Counted from the stretch's first letter, positions 40,427 through 48,769 are shown. The stretch: 49,897 nucleotides of DNA from Gemmatimonadota bacterium (GCA_036679605.1 JAZDCZ010000178.1:1-49897); one strand, 5' to 3'. The notes: generated from the sequence alone by a model not told the origin. Program-made: numbers and translations.

Positions 40427-41277
40427 TCAGTTTTTCGGTCTTCGCCGCGGTAGCAACCTCGATGGGCTCGCGTGATCGACGAAGAGTACAGCGTCAAAGA
40501 TGTGTGGTAGCTCGACCATCTGCTCCCAATCGAAGTCGAAGGTGGCGTACCCGATGAGACGCGTGGGCCGCAGCTCCCGCAGCCATGCGCCCGCGGGACC
40601 GTCACGGGCGGGGCGCAAGTCGGCGAGGAGAAACTCGGCGTTCCGTTGTTCGGCAATCTGGTGCAGCGCATGTTCAACGGTCCCCACTGGACCTGAGACC
40701 GCATTGACCGCCACCTCTCTTCGGTCGATGAAACTCGCGGTGGCGCTATATTGACCGTCGTACGACACGAGCCCCACGACTCGGAGATCATCACCAAACG
40801 CGTTACTCAAGAACCCACCCATCGACCCTCCCTGGTAAAAACCTCTTCTTGGATCCGTCCCGCGAGCAACGTGCGCGTTGTGCGCCCAAACGATGACGCG
40901 CGTGTCTGAAGGTTGGCGAGCAAGAATCCATTCGATGTTCACGGCCATGGCGCTGTCACGGTCGGCGAGCTGGAATGTGACGGCGGAGAGCGCCGCAGCC
41001 GGAGTATATCGTGCGAGTCGGATTCACCTGCAGCTGAGCCAGTGACGCGAAGGCTACGCTCACCTTCCTGACTAACCGATTCGTCGAGGTGAATGTCTAT
41101 GGTGGATGGTACCCTTGTGGCCGACCAACCCCACGGCCTCGCGTTACCATCCACACTGCGTCTTTCGAAACCGAGGTTGAGCGGCCGCTGCCCTGAGAGT
41201 TGCACCGGTGCGACGATCGCAAGGATGATCAGCGAAACAGTCGTGAGGAAGATTGTAACAACGCATTTCGTATTCAC
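40427..41277 (-). pseudogene. Erythromycin esterase family protein, internally deleted
   Basis: Signal peptide and PLNLGFE N-terminal domain, then a frame change near 41005 to DRDSAMAVNIEW...IVWAHNAHV...FDAVLFVD; the central catalytic region is missing. Confidence 0.78.
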
Positions 41278-41408
41278 AGAGGTTAGATCCCTTTCAGGAG
41301 TTCACAATTCCCCGACCAAACGCACTACGATGCCGCACTTGGCTAGACCCGCTCATCTGCCTTCCCCTTTTTTCGCCGACTTCAAAGCTGGCACCTAGCT
41401 CTGTCTGT

Positions 41409-41454
41409 CGATAGAGCGTGATTGGGACTTGATGGGTCGTGATTGGGACATTTG
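41409..41454 (-). promoter_or_regulatory. Tandem direct-repeat site, copy 3 of 3
   Basis: Minus strand CAAATGTCCCAATCACGACCCATC AAGTCCCAATCACGCTCTATCG, 21-bp period, upstream of the esterase pseudogene. Confidence 0.6.
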
Positions 41455-41719
41455 CCCATCGCACTGCGGTACGTCGTCTCGGGAACATTCATCCCCCAAT
41501 CACGGTCATTTGGAGCTGCGACAATCGAGGGACCGGATTCTACCGGATATTCTACCGACTTGTTCGGCCCCACTTCCCGCAAAATCCCGCACTAGCCAAC
41601 GCGATTTTGGTTATTCACCTCGTACACGAATTCGTTACCGTGTGCACGCGGCTCGGCAAACGGGTGTGAGGTCATGCGTCTGGCCTTCTTGGTTACCACG
41701 GTTCGTCGCCGATTTGGGT

Positions 41720-41803
41720 GCTGGCGTGGCGAAATTGGTCAACGCGGCAGGCTCACACCCTGTTGGGCGAAAGCTCTTGTGAGTTCGAATCTCACCGCCA
41801 GTA
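41720..41803 (+). tRNA. Type II (long variable arm) tRNA with anticodon CAC (Val) on a tRNA-Leu-like body; CCA not encoded
   Basis: Acceptor GCTGGCG/CGCCAGT, D arm GCG-AAATTGGTCAA-CGC, anticodon arm GCAGG-CTCACAC-CCTGT, variable arm GGGC-GAAA-GCTC, T arm GTGAG-TTCGAAT-CTCAC, discriminator A. Confidence 0.92.
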
Positions 41804-41883
41804 CCGCCGCACTTGACTCGAAGCATCACGAGGCTTAGCGTTGAGTTCAGGGTGTGAGCCGCGTAGCAGTTTCGCTACGATAG

Positions 41884-41915
41884 AAAGCCGGAGGGCGAGA
41901 GTTCTTCGGCTTTTT
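41884..41915 (+). terminator. Intrinsic terminator downstream of the tRNA
   Basis: AAAGCCGGAGGGC-GAGA-GTTCTTCGGCTTT followed by a T run. Confidence 0.75.
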
Positions 41916-41924
41916 CTTGTCAGA

Positions 41925-42069
41925 TTCTACCGCCTTTTTTCTACCGCCTTTTTTCTACCGCCTTTTTTCTACCGCCTTTTTTCTACCGCCCTTTTCTACC
42001 GCCCTTTTCTACCGCCCGTTTCTACCGCCCTTTACTACCGCCCTTTACTACCGCCCAGTTCTACCGTCC
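41925..42069. repeat. Tandem repeat, 11 copies of a 13-14 bp unit with core CTACCGCC
   Basis: Four CTACCGCCTTTTTT units, then CTACCGCCCTTTT-type units degrading rightward. Confidence 0.95.
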
Positions 42070-42230
42070 ATTCCCCGCTACAGTTGACCTCCACACGCAA
42101 CTCACTTTACTTCAGTCGCTTACCATTCGAGGCCGAGTGGGTCGAAGGCGCGCACCTGGAGAGCAATTTTAAGAACGATTGAAGTGTGCTGCATGAGCGA
42201 CCAGACTCACGCTTTCCGTTCCCGCAACAG

Positions 42231-42554
42231 TCATCTATCCACCCGAACCAAATACGCTCCCGCCCCTCGATCTACCGTGAATTCGCTTACGTACCGACTG
42301 AGCCTGCCGTCCAACAACTGCTCTACGACTCCGGGCAACACCGGCCCGTCCTCTGAACGACTGCCCCGCCCCGTAATCACCCGCACTACCGCGCCGGGCT
42401 CGGTTCGGTGGTAGCGTACGAGAAAAGACTCCAACCGTCGCTCGGCGGTGACGGAGTTCTCTCCGTGGAGATCGAGCGTGTCGGCCACCACTGCACTGTG
42501 CAGCGAGCCGCTGGGCCCGGACGGCTCGGGCCTCATGGTTCTACGCTTACCCAT
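42231..42554 (-). CDS. Stand-alone Smr domain protein, copy A
   Basis: TLDLHG, VRVITGRG.RS..GPVL, GAYLV. Confidence 0.88.
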   Translation of the reverse strand: MGKRRTMRPEPSGPSGSLHSAVVADTLDLHGENSVTAERRLESFLVRYHRTEPGAVVRVITGRGSRSEDGPVLPGVVEQLLDGRLSRYVSEFTVDRGAGAYLVRVDR

Positions 42555-42618
42555 GTTTGTGCAGGTTTCCCTTTTTCGCTTTTCCCGACTACACATCGGT
42601 TTGAATGGATGCCCTAAA

Positions 42619-42637
42619 TGTAAACCTTGGGTTTACA
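42619..42637. promoter_or_regulatory. Inverted repeat, candidate operator
   Basis: TGTAAACC-TTG-GGTTTACA between the HEPN and Smr genes. Confidence 0.45.
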
Positions 42638-42717
42638 AACAACGGGCAAGATCCAACCTTAGACCCTAGTTGCAGCCGGCCGTGCTGGACACCGATGTCG
42701 ATCTGTCGGCCATCCTC

Positions 42718-43143
42718 CTAGCTCATCGTACTACCGAACTCGGGTGGTAGGTGCTGGAGCACTGAGTCGCGGACGCGCTCGGCCAGAGTTACGGCCAGTT
42801 GCGCCTCTTCCTGTGTCGGCTCGTACAGGTCGCCCGGATACCTAGCTTCTACGCCGTAGGGAGTGAGCGAGGTTGCTTCTCGTGTCAGGTCCGCAAGCGG
42901 TGGATCGGCCGAGTGCACGAGTTCCACAAGCCGGCCAATGTCATGAGTCTTCGGGAACTCGACTTGATGCCATACCAGCGTCGCCTTCAAGAACTTCTCG
43001 GCCGCCTGTTGTGCATGAAACGCCGCACCGTACGAGAGATCTGCTCCTCCACCCAGTAGGTGTCGTGCCGCCATTAGATCAGCCAGCCCTTTCCTTAACC
43101 ACTGGCGTACGAATTCGCGCTTGACCTCCTCAGGCGGCTTCAT
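42718..43143 (-). CDS. HEPN domain protein
   Basis: WLRKG..DL.AA, FHAQQAAEKFLKA, PKTHDI..L, ARYPG. Confidence 0.92.
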   Translation of the reverse strand: MKPPEEVKREFVRQWLRKGLADLMAARHLLGGGADLSYGAAFHAQQAAEKFLKATLVWHQVEFPKTHDIGRLVELVHSADPPLADLTREATSLTPYGVEARYPGDLYEPTQEEAQLAVTLAERVRDSVLQHLPPEFGSTMS

Positions 43144-43486
43144 ATATCACTCTCCCGTACCTCTCGGCCGGCCAAGCGATTCCCCCTATGACACCTCGGG
43201 TTTCCTCAAAGCGATCCTTGCTGATCACAACGACATCAAACGGGAACTGTAGACCTATAAGCGCGGTGCGCACGCGCATTGCTTCCTGACGCGCGTCCGC
43301 CACCTTGTTCAGGACTACTAGGATATCGATGTCGCTGTCGCGGGTCATCCCTCCAGTGGCCGCCGAGCCGAATAGGATCACTTGCTCGGGACGAGACGCA
43401 TCCCGGACGCGCGCAACGATCTCAGCAACGATCTCTTCGCTGAGCTTGCCGGCGGAGGATTCTGGTACTGTACGTTGCTCCGTCAT
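43130..43486 (-). CDS. Minimal nucleotidyltransferase (MNT), partner of HEPN
   Basis: VILFGSAATG...SDIDILV, FDVVV, GRVIYE; overlaps the HEPN start. Confidence 0.92.
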   Translation of the reverse strand: MTEQRTVPESSAGKLSEEIVAEIVARVRDASRPEQVILFGSAATGGMTRDSDIDILVVLNKVADARQEAMRVRTALIGLQFPFDVVVISKDRFEETRGVIGGIAWPAERYGRVIYEAA

Positions 43487-43499
43487 AAACGACTCCAGA

Positions 43500-43580
43500 C
43501 ACGAAATACGCTGCTTTCATGGCATCGTACATCCGTAATTTGCAAGATGTTACATATTACCGCCATCCAACACAAGCAGA
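43500..43580 (-). promoter_or_regulatory. Vestigial AbiEi-type promoter/operator and start codons
   Basis: CGTAATTTGCAAGATGTTACATATTAC resembles 47520-47546; followed by GCC ATG AAA GCA, like GCC ATG AAG GCC at the abiEi start. Confidence 0.65.
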
Positions 43581-43689
43581 CGATCACGGACCGATGCCGC
43601 TACATTGACCGGATCGGTGCGGCTCATATGAGCGACTCGACGTACGTTCATTCCCGAAGCGCTTCCGCCGCGATCTCGTCCGCGGTCAC
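43575..43689 (-). pseudogene. Collapsed remnant of another AbiEi/AbiEii pair
   Basis: EIAAEALRE*TYVESLI* (AbiEi-like C-terminal fragments) with ATGA overlap into MSRTDPVNVAASVRDRLL (AbiEii-like N-terminus). Confidence 0.6.
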
Positions 43690-44849
43690 GGGAGGACCTC
43701 CGGGAAGAGTTCGCCCGGCTGGACCAATGTCTGTAGCGGCACGGCCTCGACGCGGTCGGCGATCGGGTAGCGCTTGGCACCGGGGTAGACGACGCTCACC
43801 CACGCCAAACCCAGGTCTTCCAGCGCAATGCTGATCGAGCGCGTCAGACGCGGTGCATCGGCGCGCTTGACCTCGACGCCCAGCAAGCGGTCGCCGCGGC
43901 GCAGGATCAGATCGATCTCGGCACCCTGGTATGTCGCCCAGAACCAGGCCTCGTCGTGCTGCTCGCTCGCCAATACCTGCTCGATGGCGAAGCCCTCCCA
44001 CGAGGCTCCAAGCTTGGGGTGGCTGAGCAGCGCCTTTTCGTTGTCCAGACCCAGGAGCTGGTGAAACAGGCCGCTATCGCGTACGTAGACCTTGGGCGCC
44101 TTGATCTGGCGCTTCTTGAGATTGGCGTGCCAGGGTTGGAGCTGGCGGAGCATCAGGGCGTCCGTCAACAGATCGAGATAGCGGCGGGTGGTGGAGGGAT
44201 TCAGGCCTAGGGCGCGGGCCGGCTCGGCAGCGTTCCAGACCTGGCCGTGGTAATGGGCAACCATCGTCCAGAAACGATGTAACGCCACCGCGGGGACTTG
44301 CACACCCCACTGCGGCAGGTCGCGCTCGAGTAGGGTCCGGATGAACTGCTTGCGCCAGCTCACGCTGTCCTGTTCGGAGCGGGCCAGGTAAGCAAGCGGG
44401 AAACCGCCACGCCGCCACAGCCTGGGGGCCGACTCTGTGCCCAACTCGGCCAGGGTGAAGCCGCCCATCGCGATCCGCTCCATCCGCCCGGCCAGGCTCT
44501 CCGAACTCTGTCGCGTTAGGTCGCCGGACGCGCTGCCGAGGATCAGGAAGCGCGCCGGTCGGTCGCGCCTGTCGGCCAGCACGCGCAGCACCGGAAAGAG
44601 ATCGGGCCGTCGCTGGATCTCGTCGATCACAACCAGACCGCTCAGCGGGCCGAGCGCCGTCATGGGCTCGTCCAGACGCGAGAGGCTGACGGGATCCTCC
44701 AGGTCGAAGTAGTTGGCTGAGTCCTCGGGCACCAGCTCCCGGGCCAGGGTGGTCTTGCCGCACTGACGCGGACCGGTAAGCACCGCCACCGGGTTGCGGT
44801 CGAGGGCCGCCCGAATCGTACTGAGCGCTCTATGCCGAGGGATCATCAT
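43686..44849 (-). CDS. AAA+ ATPase with DUF4143 C-terminal domain
   Basis: GPRQCGKT, IDEIQ, FLILGSAS, ESLAGR, GGFP, PKVYVRDSG, EIDL...VEVK. Confidence 0.93.
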   Translation of the reverse strand: MMIPRHRALSTIRAALDRNPVAVLTGPRQCGKTTLARELVPEDSANYFDLEDPVSLSRLDEPMTALGPLSGLVVIDEIQRRPDLFPVLRVLADRRDRPARFLILGSASGDLTRQSSESLAGRMERIAMGGFTLAELGTESAPRLWRRGGFPLAYLARSEQDSVSWRKQFIRTLLERDLPQWGVQVPAVALHRFWTMVAHYHGQVWNAAEPARALGLNPSTTRRYLDLLTDALMLRQLQPWHANLKKRQIKAPKVYVRDSGLFHQLLGLDNEKALLSHPKLGASWEGFAIEQVLASEQHDEAWFWATYQGAEIDLILRRGDRLLGVEVKRADAPRLTRSISIALEDLGLAWVSVVYPGAKRYPIADRVEAVPLQTLVQPGELFPEVLP

Positions 44850-44999
44850 AGGGCGCAATATACCATGAAAATCCCGCTATTACAACGCGATTTTTATGCT
44901 TTTCCCTTTCCTGCTTCCCCGTGTACGACGGCCAAGGCCGCCGCTCGGCTAGTTTGCCCGTAAACGGGCTGTAGTGTTTTCAAATCTCCCAAGCCCAGG

Positions 45000-45113
45000 A
45001 TTGCCGGCGGGTCACTGTCTAAGAAACTCAGCAACTTCAGCACAGATATCGGGGTCCTTGATGTAGGCGTAAGTTGAGAAGGCACACTACCGCCCCACCA
45101 ACCCCCTCAACCG
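45000..45113. repeat. 114-bp perfect direct repeat, copy 1
   Basis: Identical to 49784-49897; spans the DUF2779-like stop and the start of the next ORF. Confidence 0.95.
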
Positions 45114-45383
45114 CCTTCTTCGCTCCGGCCGTAGCCTCCAACATATTCCGCGCGAGTTCGGGACGAGGATCGTGCGGGCCTTCTGCCAGATACCCAACGT
45201 GGCTGTGTGTCCCGTCGCCATTCTCCTCGTGGTAGCTGAACTGAACCTGTCTTGCAGCACCTCGTTGGGTTGAAGCTCCGGTGCGTCCCGCTCGTGCACC
45301 TTCCACCACAGCAACTTGTGACATTGGTGGCCCGCCACGAAACGCGACTTGGAAAGCCGATTGGTGGATCGTGACTTGCTCAT
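45087..45383 (-). pseudogene. DUF2779-like gene collapsed by at least two internal deletions
   Basis: N-terminus RLSKSRFVAGHQCHKLLWWKVH; middle in another frame QFSYH...YLAEGPHDPRPELA; C-terminus RRLRGLVGR*. Confidence 0.72.
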
Positions 45384-45422
45384 GCGCGACCGTTCCCTCT
45401 TCCCCTTTTCCCTTTTCCCCAT

Positions 45423-45749
45423 CTATGACTCTCTCACGCGAACCAAATACGCTCCCGCGCCTCGATCCACCGTGAAATCGCTAACGTACCGGTTGAGCCT
45501 GCCGTCCAACAACTGCGTTACTATCCCGCGTAACACCGGCCCGTCCTCCGATCGATTTCCGCGGCCCGTGATCACCCGCACTACCGCGCCGGGCTGCGTT
45601 CGGTGGTAGCGTACGAGAAGAGACTCCAACCGTCGCTCGGCGGTGACGGAGTTCTCTCCGTGGAGATCGAGCGTGTCGGCCACCACTGCACTGTGCAGCG
45701 AGCCGCTGGGCCCGGACGGTTCGGGCTTCATGGTTCTACGCTTACCCAT
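45423..45749 (-). CDS. Stand-alone Smr domain protein, copy B
   Basis: Same motifs as copy A; 9 substitutions over the 105 aligned residues. Confidence 0.88.
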   Translation of the reverse strand: MGKRRTMKPEPSGPSGSLHSAVVADTLDLHGENSVTAERRLESLLVRYHRTQPGAVVRVITGRGNRSEDGPVLRGIVTQLLDGRLNRYVSDFTVDRGAGAYLVRVRES

Positions 45750-45752
45750 GTT

Positions 45753-46724
45753 TCACGTCCTCGCACGATGCTCGCGCACATTCTGCGCCTTCCACTGCAG
45801 CATTGGCTGCATCCGCACACGTTGCTGGACGGTGGGATCGGAATGCAGATGCTCCGGCTCGATCTCGCCCTCATCGAGCAGACGATCGAGGAACCGGCGG
45901 TCGCCCTCGGACCAGACGAGCAGGGTTCCCTGTACCGGCCCGAGTGTGTTACCGATCCACTCCAAGAGGTCATGGCAATCCGTCGCCGCTCCGTCCGTGG
46001 TCCGTCGCAGCAGGGGCTCGAGTTCTCGCGAGATTGCGCGGGCGTCGAGTGCGCCCGCTGGCAGCCGGAACGAACGGCAGTCATTTCGAGACGCGGCGAT
46101 TGAACAGACAAACGCCAACCGAAATCCGGGGCGCGAGAGCAGGTCCGGTGCAAGGTCTAGCAGACTCGCCGCGTCAAACGCGTCGCGCGTGACGGAGCGC
46201 TGCAGTAGGGCCGTGAACTTCCCGGCAGCCAGCTCCTCGATCGCGAGTGTAAGGACGTCGAGTTCCGACCCGGGAGGGTAGCGCACCGGGCGTCGTTCCG
46301 TGCCGAGCAGCGGGACACGTGCGACATAGCTTACGTCAACTTCTAGGTTCTGCGAGCCTCCCAGCACACTCGGAAAGCGGAGCCGGAACTTCCCACCTGC
46401 GTGTTCGGTCGGGGCACGCCTGACTGAGCAACCCTCCCGCTCGCAGCACGCGGTGAGGCCTCGCTCGAACTCGGGCCGCGCGTGGCGCATTCCGTCGACG
46501 TCTTCGGCACCGACAAAGTTCACGTCGATGTCGATCGAGAGTCTCGGCACGTCCAGGTGGAAGAGATTGAGCGCGGTCCCACCTTTGAGCACCCACATGT
46601 CCTTGCAACTCGGGTGCGTTCCGAGACGATCTAGGATGGCGCAAAGCCGCAGCACTTTTTCGACCACGTCGGGGCGAAACCCGGTGGCACCAGCGGTCTC
46701 GACGACGGCCCGCGATGTGATCAT
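45753..46724 (-). CDS. AbiEii/AbiGii-family nucleotidyltransferase toxin (type IV TA)
   Basis: VEKVLRL, VLKGGTALNL, RLSIDIDV, ELAAGK..AL, RDAFD. Confidence 0.9.
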   Translation of the reverse strand: MITSRAVVETAGATGFRPDVVEKVLRLCAILDRLGTHPSCKDMWVLKGGTALNLFHLDVPRLSIDIDVNFVGAEDVDGMRHARPEFERGLTACCEREGCSVRRAPTEHAGGKFRLRFPSVLGGSQNLEVDVSYVARVPLLGTERRPVRYPPGSELDVLTLAIEELAAGKFTALLQRSVTRDAFDAASLLDLAPDLLSRPGFRLAFVCSIAASRNDCRSFRLPAGALDARAISRELEPLLRRTTDGAATDCHDLLEWIGNTLGPVQGTLLVWSEGDRRFLDRLLDEGEIEPEHLHSDPTVQQRVRMQPMLQWKAQNVREHRART

Positions 46725-47506
46725 TCACGTCCGCCTTGCGGATCCGCATGCAGCCCCACGGGAACGATGAGCGCCCAGCGCGCGACAAGCCGGCCTTTCC
46801 GGTGGCGATCCATGAGGACCGGACTCCGCGGAACACGGGTACGGAGCCGCCGGAGTAGCGCCTTCGGGACCACCAGTTCCTCCCGGCGAGATTCCAGAAA
46901 GAAGCCGACTTTCGCCGCCAGCGTCTTGCTGCCGAGGAGATTCACATATTCCTCAAGCGAACCCGTGTCGACCGCCGGCACCGAAGCCAGCGATCGCCAG
47001 ACTTCGTCGATGCCGCCAGCCAGCTCGGGCCGGTCGAGTACGTCCACGACGGTCCGTTCCAGGTCTGTGACGCGGATCTCGATTCCCGCCCGCTCGGCGC
47101 GCTCGATCCACCGCTCTCCTCGGTCGGCCGCGCGGAGCGGCGCGCGCGGTCGGACCGGGACGAAGCGACGCCCCTCGAAGGTCGTGGGCTTAGCGCCGGT
47201 CCAGGTAACAAAGGTCAGCCGTTCGAACACGCTTTGCGCGTATCCGTGGACCTCGAGGGCGCTGTGGCAAGCGACCGCGGCGTCCGGTGCCATTCGTGAT
47301 GCCAGGGCGATGAAATCCCGCGGTCGAACAGGTGAGTCGACCCGCACGAAGACTCCTCGCTTGACCCTGGCGATACGCCCCTGCTTGACCCAGCGCGCCA
47401 GGTGGGAATCAACAGTAGACTTTGCCAGGCCGCGACCGCGGAGAACGGCCGCTAATTCATCCCGGGTGAAAAGGCTGTGCGTTGTCAGAAATGTCTCGGC
47501 CTTCAT
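46721..47506 (-). CDS. AbiEi-family antitoxin / transcriptional regulator
   Basis: N-terminal wHTH (RIARVKRGVF), HSALEVHG, RVTDLERTVVD.LDRP.LAGG; ATGA overlap with the toxin; GGAGG RBS. Confidence 0.88.
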   Translation of the reverse strand: MKAETFLTTHSLFTRDELAAVLRGRGLAKSTVDSHLARWVKQGRIARVKRGVFVRVDSPVRPRDFIALASRMAPDAAVACHSALEVHGYAQSVFERLTFVTWTGAKPTTFEGRRFVPVRPRAPLRAADRGERWIERAERAGIEIRVTDLERTVVDVLDRPELAGGIDEVWRSLASVPAVDTGSLEEYVNLLGSKTLAAKVGFFLESRREELVVPKALLRRLRTRVPRSPVLMDRHRKGRLVARWALIVPVGLHADPQGGRE

Positions 47507-47518
47507 GGCACTCAACCT

Positions 47519-47548
47519 CCGTAACTTGCAATAAGTTGCATATTACGG
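47519..47548. promoter_or_regulatory. AbiE operator, imperfect inverted repeat
   Basis: CCGTAACTTGCAA-TAAG-TTGCATATTACGG just upstream of the abiEi RBS. Confidence 0.7.
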
Positions 47549-47723
47549 CGATCAGACGCAAGCATACACCCGCCTCAGACGGCTACTCGCCCGGTTCGTC
47601 CGCACGGACTACGTCGTTCGTTCCTGTTTGCGGACCGCGTGTGACGAGATGTCTTCGGGTTCACGAACCTGATGCCCCGCGTGCGGCTGCCGATCTTTTC
47701 TTGTCAATTTCTACCGCCCTATT

Positions 47724-48722
47724 CTAGAAAACCCCCTCCCGCACCTGCGACTGCTTGAGCCCCTTTCGCAGCTCGACCACCTTATCGATCTCGACCGGGT
47801 GGTTGTCGGGCAGCGGCACGTCACCTTTCTTCTTGCCGAGCTGCGCAACGCTCTTGACCTTCTGCAAGATCTTCGAGCCCTCGACGGCCGTTTGATCTTC
47901 AGCGTAGTAGTTGAACCACGGAATTCCAGCCGCCCTGTACTCCTTCGCTGTCGGCGGTACAGTGGGTGGCTCGTCACCCGTTACCGCACGCCACACCATC
48001 GAGTTGGCAATGTGCACGAAGCAGCGGCTCTTGTGTCGCAGATCCCAGTCCTCGAAGTCATACTCGTCGTCGTAGATCTCCTGTCGCATCCTACCGCCGG
48101 CCGCAAGCCCCATTTCCGGTGATGCCGACTCCATCAGACACATCGAAGAGTCGGGGGCACCATAGACCCTCTCTTCGCTGACCCGTTGGCGTTCGTACGC
48201 CTCGCGTTTCATCGGATATGCCACTATCTGGAGACCACCGTGCTCGGCCTCGCCCGTTACCTGTTCCTCTACACTGTAACCACTGCCCAGGGGCATAGCG
48301 ACGAACTGACGGATGATGCCCTTCTCCACACAGTAGCCGTCGAGCCACGGTTGATCCGGTACGACCACGTAGTCCTGCGGATCGCGATTCACACCGTCCT
48401 TCCAGCGTTCCCCGGTGACCGCGTTGATCTTGCCCGTCGCGACCTTCACCACGAAGGGGTAACTCCCCAAGAAATTGAGCCACATGGCCTCGGCCTGGTA
48501 CATCGGCAGCATGATGCCGCCATGGTCCACCCAAGGCTGCGGTACGTTTTGCGCGAAGTCGTCCACGTGCCTGAGCGGAAACCGCCCCAGCCCCGCCGGT
48601 AGAGGATAGTCCGAATCGTCGTCCGGAATCCTGAGCGTGCGTTGGAACTCAATCCGCATCTTCGCATCCTCATGAACGTCCGGAAAATCGATTACCAGTT
48701 CATCTCGTGTTAGCTCGATCAT
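47724..48722 (-). CDS. Conserved protein of unknown function
   Basis: FQRTLRIPDD...YPLP.GLG.FPL, PMYQAEAMWL.F, QDYVVVP.QPWLDG, RQFVAMPLG.GYSVE.Q.TG, MGLAAGG...Q.IY.D, G.PWF.YY. Confidence 0.85.
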   Translation of the reverse strand: MIELTRDELVIDFPDVHEDAKMRIEFQRTLRIPDDDSDYPLPAGLGRFPLRHVDDFAQNVPQPWVDHGGIMLPMYQAEAMWLNFLGSYPFVVKVATGKINAVTGERWKDGVNRDPQDYVVVPDQPWLDGYCVEKGIIRQFVAMPLGSGYSVEEQVTGEAEHGGLQIVAYPMKREAYERQRVSEERVYGAPDSSMCLMESASPEMGLAAGGRMRQEIYDDEYDFEDWDLRHKSRCFVHIANSMVWRAVTGDEPPTVPPTAKEYRAAGIPWFNYYAEDQTAVEGSKILQKVKSVAQLGKKKGDVPLPDNHPVEIDKVVELRKGLKQSQVREGVF

Positions 48723-48769
48723 GATGTCCATCTCCCGTGTTTTCTTGTCTCGGCTTCCCGTTTCCCGCT

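Noticed and set aside
34704..41277. Antibiotic-resistance cluster (beta-lactamase-like plus erythromycin esterase)
   Set aside because: Both belong to broad hydrolase families, the esterase is a deleted pseudogene, and nothing indicates substrate
41925..42069. CRISPR array
   Set aside because: Units are 13-14 bp, contiguous, with no unique spacers, and no cas genes are present
41841..42182. 113-aa ORF with FYRLFSTA repeats
   Set aside because: A by-product of reading through the tandem repeat and terminator; no RBS
45391..45422. Purine-rich heptamer runs (GGGAAAA type), also near 33635, 42570, 44900 and 48750
   Set aside because: Short low-complexity intergenic repeats with no specific structure
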